Below are positions 28,581-36,081 of a stretch of DNA of 64,000 nucleotides, in pieces. The position numbers and the translations under genes are program-made. The notes beneath the pieces were generated by a model that ran no database searches, was not told where the DNA came from, and worked only from the letters and a program-made list of their open reading frames with translations. Positions within the stretch are counted from its first letter, which is position 1, and the number at the start of each line of letters is the position of its first letter. Source of the DNA: a virus (taxonomy: Duplodnaviria > Heunggongvirae > Uroviricota > Caudoviricetes); the IMG/VR virus record IMGVR_UViG_3300014204_013127, one strand, 5' to 3'.

Positions 28581-29617
28581 TGCTTAAAATTGAACAAAGT
28601 AAATTCACAAAAAGAGCCGTTTTATACATTGGGTTTAAATGTAATTTAAGATGTAGATTTTGCTACTATGCAGATAATGTAACCGTGCCTAAAGAGTGGT
28701 ATTCTTTAGATTGTTGCAAAAGGGATGCTCATACTTTTAGGTCTGTATACAAAAATAAATTTGTAGACATTACTGGTGGAGAGCCAACCATCTATCCAGA
28801 CATTTTGCAATTGGTATCATATTGTAGAGAGATTGGACTAAGGCCAACCATTATAACAAACATGCAAGCTCTTGCCGATCTGGATGTTGCCAAACAATTT
28901 AAGGATGCTGGAATAGAGGATTTTTTGTGTTCTGTTCATAATTTGGGGGTTGCTTATGATGATGTCGTTGGTGTGAATGGCAGTTTTTCCAGGGTTGAGA
29001 AGGCGTTAGATAATTTGGTTCATTTGAGCATACCATTTCGCACAAATGTCACTATCAATAAAACTAATTTTAAAGCTTTAAAAAACATAGCAGAATTTGT
29101 ATACACAAAGGGGTGTCGCACAATCAATTATATTTCCTGTAATTTATTCAGAGATCATGATGAAACATTTGATTTAATAGCTCGTTTTTCTGAAATGAAA
29201 GATTGTTTACATGAGGCATTAAATTATTGCGATATACACAGCATGCATACTGCCGTAAGGTATATGCCATTTTGTTTTCTATATGGGCATGAAAACAAAT
29301 GTTATAATTATCGACAATTACCATATGACAACTACGAGTGGGATTATAAATCTTGGTCGGATGTAAACTCTTCCGCACCTGCACCAAAGGTGTCAAGAGG
29401 TTTGTATAATTTCATGGAAGACTCAGGTGCGTATGAACATTTGGCCAAAGTTTTTACGGGAGAAAGCTACACATATTCCCCCAAGTGCATGGATTGTAGA
29501 TTGTCTTTAATTTGTGACGGATTAAACAAGAATTATGCAAGAAAATTCGGAACAGAAGAGGTTTGTCCATGTCCTGGCGACAAAATAACAAAACCTGATG
29601 AATTTCTTGCTAAATAA
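28547..29617 (+). CDS. radical SAM enzyme with C-terminal SPASM/twitch-like Cys cluster (rSAM-1)
   Basis: The CNLRCRFCYY CxxxCxxC motif and the ITGGEPT glycine-rich SAM motif are present. The C-terminus reads CMDCRLSLICDG...CPCPG. Confidence 0.7.
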   Translation: MEAIKIIENVIMLKIEQSKFTKRAVLYIGFKCNLRCRFCYYADNVTVPKEWYSLDCCKRDAHTFRSVYKNKFVDITGGEPTIYPDILQLVSYCREIGLRPTIITNMQALADLDVAKQFKDAGIEDFLCSVHNLGVAYDDVVGVNGSFSRVEKALDNLVHLSIPFRTNVTINKTNFKALKNIAEFVYTKGCRTINYISCNLFRDHDETFDLIARFSEMKDCLHEALNYCDIHSMHTAVRYMPFCFLYGHENKCYNYRQLPYDNYEWDYKSWSDVNSSAPAPKVSRGLYNFMEDSGAYEHLAKVFTGESYTYSPKCMDCRLSLICDGLNKNYARKFGTEEVCPCPGDKITKPDEFLAK

Positions 29618-29620
29618 AGT

Positions 29621-30433
29621 ATGCTCAGTATTGTTGTTTTATACTCTACAGATCGTCACAGACAGCTTATTAATACGATTGATTGTCTGAATGATATGGA
29701 TTATGTTGCCACATGTGAAAAAATTTTATGTGTGGATGGACAAACAGACATACATCCAGAGGGGTGGAGAGTTTTAGAGATAGAGAGAAGAGGAAAGTTT
29801 TATCGGCTTGGCGAAGCCCTTAATGCAGCCATTGAGGCCAGTAGTGGCAATCACATATGGTACTTGGACAGCGATAGAATTCTTCCTACAAACTTTTTAA
29901 ACAATGCATCATTGATAGAAGATGGATTGTTTATCTTTCCCAAATATCTGTTTTCTTTTAAAGAAGATGTAGATATTTCTTCTATACGAATGGTGAGAGA
30001 TAATCCATATAAGCATGAGTCTTTATTGGTGCCGGATCATAGGGTAGAAAATGTAGATATTGTGGGGCATAAAAACCCGTTTGCTGGATGCGTATTGTTT
30101 GCAAAAAAAACTTATTGGGAATATGGGGGATTTAGTGCTGATTTTGAGGCATGGGGGTATAAGGACTATGATTTTTGGAGAAAAGCTATTGTTTGTGGCG
30201 GAAGATTTTTACCTATTGATTGTGTGGAGTTGCATCAAAAACACAATCTTTCCGACCAAAGACTTTATGACTTAAGCAATGTGTGGAGTTACTATTATTA
30301 TTGTAGCAAGTGGAAACTGCCCATTGATCCAAAAATCAGGGTATATGCCGGTCATTTACACCCTGAAAAACACAAAACATTGGATGATTTTTTATCTAAT
30401 GTGGTAGATAAAAATGAAGTGAAATTTAACTGA
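29621..30433 (+). CDS. GT2/GT-A-like glycosyltransferase
   Basis: N-terminal SIVVLYSTDR, then DXD-type WYLDSDRILP. Confidence 0.45.
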   Translation: MLSIVVLYSTDRHRQLINTIDCLNDMDYVATCEKILCVDGQTDIHPEGWRVLEIERRGKFYRLGEALNAAIEASSGNHIWYLDSDRILPTNFLNNASLIEDGLFIFPKYLFSFKEDVDISSIRMVRDNPYKHESLLVPDHRVENVDIVGHKNPFAGCVLFAKKTYWEYGGFSADFEAWGYKDYDFWRKAIVCGGRFLPIDCVELHQKHNLSDQRLYDLSNVWSYYYYCSKWKLPIDPKIRVYAGHLHPEKHKTLDDFLSNVVDKNEVKFN

Positions 30434-30434
30434 T

Positions 30435-31229
30435 ATGATTTTAAAGCCGATATTTCGATGGACAATTGGAAGGCCCTCAAGGGTTGGGTTTCATATTTTT
30501 GAGGAATCGGTCATTCAAACAATAAACGCATTGGGCAGAGATAATTTTGATTGGTTTGTGTGTTACAATAATTTGACTGAAGCACAGCTTGATAGGCTTA
30601 GAGAAGTTGCCAAAATTCATTTACTCACATTATATGAGCAGAAGATTTGTGATTGCCCTCTCTCACAGGAAAATCTCGGAACGCTATGGAAACTTTGCCC
30701 AGCTAGAATAAGGATAGAGTCATATGAAATTATAATGGATAATGATGTTGTAATTTGCAAACATTTGCCAGAAATAGACGATTTTCTTGGCGGCAAAAGG
30801 TGTTTGTGTTTGGATGAGCCAACTCGATATTTTGGACGATATAGTTGTTATCTACCAAAGACAAAAAAATACAACTCTGGTTTGATTGGATTGGTTCCTG
30901 GTCATGATTTTCAAAAAGATATATGTAGAGTGTGGCGTAAGTATGGCGAGCTTGAAAATTTAAACTCTGCGGACGAGCAAGGATTATTAGCATTGGTTTT
31001 TTTGCATAAGGATCAAATTACCATATCGAAAGACAAAATTCTTGAGCTACATCCCAATGAAATACACTTAGATAGTAAGGTGTGTTGTAGTTACAAAAAT
31101 TTTAACATGAATAATTTTGATGGATATCATTTTGTAGAATCTAATCGTAATCAATTTCACAGAGGGTGGAATTATTACAATTTGATAAAAAGTAACAGAA
31201 TTAGTAGATATAATAAGCCGCTTTTTTAA
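30435..31229 (+). CDS. hypothetical protein (possible nucleotide-sugar transferase)
   Basis: 264-aa ORF co-linear with the GT genes; it has DND/LDE acidic motifs only. Confidence 0.3.
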   Translation: MILKPIFRWTIGRPSRVGFHIFEESVIQTINALGRDNFDWFVCYNNLTEAQLDRLREVAKIHLLTLYEQKICDCPLSQENLGTLWKLCPARIRIESYEIIMDNDVVICKHLPEIDDFLGGKRCLCLDEPTRYFGRYSCYLPKTKKYNSGLIGLVPGHDFQKDICRVWRKYGELENLNSADEQGLLALVFLHKDQITISKDKILELHPNEIHLDSKVCCSYKNFNMNNFDGYHFVESNRNQFHRGWNYYNLIKSNRISRYNKPLF

Positions 31230-31239
31230 TGGTGTAATT

Positions 31240-32307
31240 ATGATAGAAACAGTAGAGCAAGTGCTGCAATCTTTGGATGAAATCAGAACATTTTTGACAA
31301 AATGTAAAGTTTGGGATGCCCAGTTTAAAATTCTACAATTAAAAGATTTGTTACATAGTGAAAGTTGGCCTGTTGCGGTGCCCCAAGAACTAATATGCAT
31401 GGAATCTGAAGATGATTTATTTGAACGTGCCGATTCAATCATTAATTTCTCTAATTGGGAGGTTGATGGCAAAAAGTTCTTAGATTTTGGTTGTGGCTTA
31501 GGACATGTTGCTGTTGTGGCTTCTCAGTTGGGATCACAAGCAGCAGGGTACGACATTGTGGAGAGTTCTTCTTTTGAGTGGGAAAAAGAGGGTAAGTATT
31601 TATTGACCACTAATTTTGATAAAATTAAAGCAATGTCGCCATTTGATTTTATCATGCTTTATGATGTTCTAGATCATTCAACTGATCCTGTAGGCATCCT
31701 AACCAAAGTAAGAGAGGTAGCAAATAAAAATACAGATATTTTTGTTCGTTGTCATCCGTTTTTATCAAGACATGGTGGACACTTATACAAACATATCAAT
31801 AAGGCTTATGTGCATTTAGTCTTTACAGAAGATGAGTTGCAAGAAATGGGATATGGTTTCGAAGGAAATTTTCAGAAAACAAATCAGCCACTAGTGACTT
31901 ATAGAGATTGGTTTAAACAGGCAAATTTATCGATAGTTGTGGAAGATGTTGTGCAAGATGTTTTGGAGCCATTTTTTAAAAAAGGCGTGGTTAAAGAGCG
32001 AATGCCCAAGTTTTCTTTTGATGGAGTTTGGGAACACTATGTTAATGGTCGAAAACACAGACGATTTGTGGCTTATCCAAATGGAACATTAAACACTCCA
32101 CAAGGTCCAGAAACTTGGTCCATTGATGGTTTAAATCTCAGTCTTAGATGGCCAACAGACAAAGGTATTTGGCGGGACGAATTAAAATTAAATGAAGATA
32201 TGACTCATTATGAGGGAACCAATCAAATAGGATATAAAATAAAAGGCGATAGAATAGAAAACATTAACAGTAGTTTTATTGATTTCACACTAAGGGCATA
32301 TGATTAA
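31240..32307 (+). CDS. class I SAM-dependent methyltransferase
   Basis: LDFGCGLGHVAVV is motif I (hh[DE]hGxGxG); an acidic motif II follows about 20 aa downstream. Confidence 0.6.
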   Translation: MIETVEQVLQSLDEIRTFLTKCKVWDAQFKILQLKDLLHSESWPVAVPQELICMESEDDLFERADSIINFSNWEVDGKKFLDFGCGLGHVAVVASQLGSQAAGYDIVESSSFEWEKEGKYLLTTNFDKIKAMSPFDFIMLYDVLDHSTDPVGILTKVREVANKNTDIFVRCHPFLSRHGGHLYKHINKAYVHLVFTEDELQEMGYGFEGNFQKTNQPLVTYRDWFKQANLSIVVEDVVQDVLEPFFKKGVVKERMPKFSFDGVWEHYVNGRKHRRFVAYPNGTLNTPQGPETWSIDGLNLSLRWPTDKGIWRDELKLNEDMTHYEGTNQIGYKIKGDRIENINSSFIDFTLRAYD

Positions 32308-32968
32308 TTATTTGGAAGTTTTTACAGTATGTGTGAATTATGGTGATTTCTTAAACATTTGCATAAGTGCAAATAAAAAGCACTTTGACAGATGGGTTGT
32401 TGTCACAAGCTCAGAAGATGAAAACACAAAAAACATATGCAAGAAAAGTGGTGTTGAGTGTGTGGAGTCTCGAAGATTTTATAATAATGGAGATAAATTT
32501 AATAAAGGAAAAGCACTAAACGATGTTATAAATCATTTGTTTAAGAAAGATTGGGTTCTTGCCTTAGATGCTGATATTATTCTTCCTGCTGATTTTAGGG
32601 AAATGATTGGTGCTAAAAAACTGAATAATGATTTTTTATATGGAGTTCCAAGGAAAAGTTTGGATACATGCCAATGTTGGACTGATGTGACTCCTGTAAT
32701 TTCGCCCTGGGGTTATTTTCAATTGTTTAATGGACATTCTGATGTTATGCAAAGGGCCAAGGTCTATCCAGAATCTTATCCCCATGCTGGAAATTATGAT
32801 TTGGAATTTGTGTCTTATTGGAACGGAAGACATAGAATGTTGGAAGATGTAGTAGTCGAACATATGCCACATGGGATTGTTGCAACAAATTGGTGTGGCA
32901 GAAGATCAAAAATATTATCCAAAAACGATGTTAGCACTTTCAGCAAATCGGTAATTAAATTCGCCTAA
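32300..32968 (+). CDS. DXD-motif glycosyltransferase-like protein (paralog A of a tandem duplicate)
   Basis: LEVFTVCVNYGDFL...KKHFDRWVVVTS...LALDADIILPADFRE. About 55-60% identical by eye to the next gene over its full length. Confidence 0.4.
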   Translation: MINYLEVFTVCVNYGDFLNICISANKKHFDRWVVVTSSEDENTKNICKKSGVECVESRRFYNNGDKFNKGKALNDVINHLFKKDWVLALDADIILPADFREMIGAKKLNNDFLYGVPRKSLDTCQCWTDVTPVISPWGYFQLFNGHSDVMQRAKVYPESYPHAGNYDLEFVSYWNGRHRMLEDVVVEHMPHGIVATNWCGRRSKILSKNDVSTFSKSVIKFA

Positions 32969-32970
32969 TT

Positions 32971-33618
32971 ATGTATTTAGAAGTTTTTACATCTTGCGTG
33001 GGTTATAGTGATTTTTTGGATGTGTGTTTATATTCAAACAAAAAGCATTTTGACAGATGGGTAATCATTACTTCGACAGAAGATGTGGCAACCAAGAGTG
33101 TGTGTAAAAAGCATCAAATAGAATGTGTTGAATCAAGTCGATTTTATGAAGGCGGTGCAGCATTTAACAAAGGTAAGGGACTAAATGATGCCATAAGTTA
33201 TTTGGATAAAAAAGATTGGATGCTTGCTTTAGACGCAGATATCATTCTTCCAGATAACTTTAGGGAAATAATCGAAGGATTGACTTTAGATAAAGAGTTT
33301 TTATATGGGGCGGTAAGGTATGAAATTGACAATATTTCTGGCAAACAAATGTATATTGATGGTGACAACATGCGTATACTTGGGTTTTTTCAGTTGTTTC
33401 ATGCTACGAGGCTAAAATACTATCCAGAAGATTGGGACACTGCTGGATGGTATGATGATGTGTTTGCAGATTACTGGGATTCTAAAAAAACATTACAAAA
33501 GTTGGTGATACAGCATATTGAGCATGGTGTGAGAACAACCAATTGGGAGGGCAGGAAATCCAAGCCTTTGTCGAAGACGGAAATAGGATCATTAAAGAAG
33601 TTGATTATAAAATTGTGA
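32971..33618 (+). CDS. DXD-motif glycosyltransferase-like protein (paralog B)
   Basis: LEVFTSCVGYSDFL...KKHFDRWVIITS...LALDADIILPDNFRE; tandem duplicate of 32300-32968. Confidence 0.4.
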   Translation: MYLEVFTSCVGYSDFLDVCLYSNKKHFDRWVIITSTEDVATKSVCKKHQIECVESSRFYEGGAAFNKGKGLNDAISYLDKKDWMLALDADIILPDNFREIIEGLTLDKEFLYGAVRYEIDNISGKQMYIDGDNMRILGFFQLFHATRLKYYPEDWDTAGWYDDVFADYWDSKKTLQKLVIQHIEHGVRTTNWEGRKSKPLSKTEIGSLKKLIIKL

Positions 33619-34729
33619 TGCCAGAATATGATTGGTAAGGAATGTTATTGGAATTGCGGTAAAAGCAAATTAGTTTTCTTCCAATTACGAGATATTTGTT
33701 TCTTACAAAATTAGTTCTACCTTCAAACAATGTGTTGATGGCATCTTTGTCATGTTGTGATATATTTCCAATATATAATATATCAATAGTTTCTTGCCCT
33801 GTTTGAACAAACTGAAGGTTTAAATAGCAAGAATCTAATTTTTCTATAAAACTTGGTTCGTATATTATTTTATTGTTTATTTTTATTGCATTGTTGACAT
33901 GCGGTATAAATTTGAAGTTTAAATATGACTTTCCACAATTACACACTCTGACTTGCGGATTGATTTCAAATAAATCATCAGATTCAATTTGATTATTTGC
34001 AAGATTGATTAAGCTTGTGTTTCCAGAAAAAGTTGGAAAAAAATGCAATGTGCGAAATGGGCAGGTGTAAAAGTTAGATGTGATTGACCAATCAACCATG
34101 TTGTTATTAAGGTGGATCGAGGATGGTATTTTGCTGGATTTGAAAAAAGGCTCCCAATCTAAAGTACGGATAGCAAGTATTTTGTCTTGTTTTAAGAACT
34201 CTAAGAAACTTTTTTGTTCTAATAGAAAAAGTAGTGTATTAGAGACGGTGCTGATAGTGATTGGCTCTTTTACGCTATGAAGGAAATTTATCAAAAAAGA
34301 TAGGGCATTGTTTTGGTCCCAATAAAAAATGCCAGCATAATCCATAAGAGAATTATCTTTAACACGCATAATAGCATTTTTTTTATCTCCGCAAGGAAAC
34401 ATTGATTGAATGTATATTGTTTTCCCTATGCTTGGCTTGATTGCAGACTCCATGCTATTGATCCAAAAATCGAAAAACGGACCAAATTTATATTCCCGAG
34501 GTATATTTGTGGAGCCATTTGTCCTTAGAGAAATTGAACTAAAATTTTTACAATCCTCACGGGCAGCTTTTACATCTGAAGCAAAATCGACATAATCGCA
34601 AAAGTTATAGGACTGAATTTCTTGCCATAAAAGTTTGGCACTTTCAAGGGTTGGGTTTTTGTAATATTGATTATAACATTGCAAAAGATTCATTAGGTTA
34701 TTGAAATTGTATATACGGGGCAAGCACAA
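33605..34729 (-). CDS. hypothetical protein (Asn/Ser-rich, TTG start per the ORF track)
   Basis: 374 aa, minus strand, downstream of rSAM-2 and the small peptide. No recognisable motif. Confidence 0.35.
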   Translation of the reverse strand: MCLPRIYNFNNLMNLLQCYNQYYKNPTLESAKLLWQEIQSYNFCDYVDFASDVKAAREDCKNFSSISLRTNGSTNIPREYKFGPFFDFWINSMESAIKPSIGKTIYIQSMFPCGDKKNAIMRVKDNSLMDYAGIFYWDQNNALSFLINFLHSVKEPITISTVSNTLLFLLEQKSFLEFLKQDKILAIRTLDWEPFFKSSKIPSSIHLNNNMVDWSITSNFYTCPFRTLHFFPTFSGNTSLINLANNQIESDDLFEINPQVRVCNCGKSYLNFKFIPHVNNAIKINNKIIYEPSFIEKLDSCYLNLQFVQTGQETIDILYIGNISQHDKDAINTLFEGRTNFVRNKYLVIGRKLICFYRNSNNIPYQSYSGITIL

Positions 34730-34863
34730 ACATAGCCAGCAGTAGAATTTGAATTGGTGCCCGCATTAATTTCCATACACAAGCACTCGTCCAGCAATTG
34801 TTGTAGTTTTTCTGCATCTGGACACTCAAAAGTGATTTTTTCTGCATCTGTTAGTGTTGTCAT
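34696..34863 (-). CDS. small Cys-containing peptide (56 aa) immediately downstream of rSAM-2; candidate precursor peptide
   Basis: Hand translation of the minus strand gives MTTLTDAEKITFECPDAEKLQQLLDECLCMEINAGTNSNSTAGYVCACPVYTISIT. The ATG (34861-34863) lies 12 nt after the rSAM-2 stop and is preceded by AAGGA. It is not in the ORF track because it is under 60 aa. Confidence 0.4.
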
Positions 34864-34875
34864 CATTTTTTTTCC

Positions 34876-36018
34876 TTAGCATAGTTTGTTGTCATTGGCC
34901 ATTTTTTGTATTTGGTGTTGAAGAGCTACTGGATCGCAAAAATTGCTTTTTCCCCCAACAAAATCCAACATCGCACAGCTTCCCCAGCAATACCCTGCTG
35001 CTTGACACTTCATGCATTTTGTGTCATTTAGCAAGGGCATGGTTTTTAAAATTAGGTCATTTCTTCTCTCTATGATTGTACTCAAACTATCTGATAAATT
35101 TCCTATCTTTGTATATGTATAATAATCGCTAAATATATTTTCTGTATAGTCGGTTAATAATACTTCATGTCTGTATTTACAACACCATGTAGGCGTGAAT
35201 ATAGGTTTTAACAATATATCAGCAAAAGATTTGGTGGTTTTCCTGCACTCGGAATGTGGTCCGATAAGCCCTATGTTTATTTGTTCAGGTTTAAATCCAA
35301 ACTGAAGAGCAAAGAGATAATATTCTTTTCGTAGTTCTGGTGTATTGGATGCATCGCCAAAAGAAGCTTTCAAATTGATTTTGTGCCTCAGTCCTTTGGT
35401 TATTAATATTTTCAAATTATTGGTTGTTTTTTCAAATGGACTCCAATTACCTGTGAGTGGTATTCTTTGTGCATCGTTCAACAAATCATTACCACCATCT
35501 AAACTAATGCTTAGTTGGCTTAATTTTTCAATTAAAGATAATCTTCTTTCATTTAGATCAATCGTTAGATTAGAGACCATGCCTATGTGTAAAATGTTTG
35601 CATGAGATTTGATCTTGTCTATAACTTCATGGCATTTTTCTTCTTCCAGTAGGTTTTCTCCACCATAAAAAAATATGCAGATATCTTTGACATTAGATCG
35701 TATTATAAAATCACAAATTTTATCAACATTTAATGGTTTTTGTTGCTTTGCTTCTAAAAGATGCGAGAAGTTGCAGTGTGTGCATCGTAAGTTACATTCC
35801 AATGTTGGTGCTATGTTAAAGTTTAGAAACTTTGGGGGGTCATGAATTATCAACAATTTCAACAAGGACTCTCTTTCTTGTCCCGATAAAAACAAATTGG
35901 ACTCCAACTCGTCAAAGGTCGCAGAAATGGGCAGTTGTTGCCTTGTGAGGGTGTTAAAATAGACTTTTTCCCCACTCTCATTGACAGTTTGGCAGACATA
36001 AAAAGATAGGTTTTTCAT
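34876..36018 (-). CDS. radical SAM/SPASM enzyme (rSAM-2) with ~80-aa N-terminal extension
   Basis: The CNLRCTHCNF CxxxCxxC motif is present. C-terminal CMKCQAAGYCWGSCAM...FCDP fits a SPASM Cys cluster. Confidence 0.7.
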   Translation of the reverse strand: MKNLSFYVCQTVNESGEKVYFNTLTRQQLPISATFDELESNLFLSGQERESLLKLLIIHDPPKFLNFNIAPTLECNLRCTHCNFSHLLEAKQQKPLNVDKICDFIIRSNVKDICIFFYGGENLLEEEKCHEVIDKIKSHANILHIGMVSNLTIDLNERRLSLIEKLSQLSISLDGGNDLLNDAQRIPLTGNWSPFEKTTNNLKILITKGLRHKINLKASFGDASNTPELRKEYYLFALQFGFKPEQINIGLIGPHSECRKTTKSFADILLKPIFTPTWCCKYRHEVLLTDYTENIFSDYYTYTKIGNLSDSLSTIIERRNDLILKTMPLLNDTKCMKCQAAGYCWGSCAMLDFVGGKSNFCDPVALQHQIQKMANDNKLC

Positions 36019-36040
36019 AATTTAAATTAGTGATTATCTG

Positions 36041-36069
36041 TTGATTTGATGCAAGCAAACTGATATAGT
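36041..36069 (+). promoter_or_regulatory. sigma70-like promoter TTGATT-17-TATAGT for the dnaE C-fragment (very short leader)
   Basis: -35 at 36041-36046 and -10 at 36064-36069. The ATG at 36082 is only ~6 nt past the predicted start site and has no SD. Confidence 0.35.
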
Positions 36070-36081
36070 GATAGTAGAATT

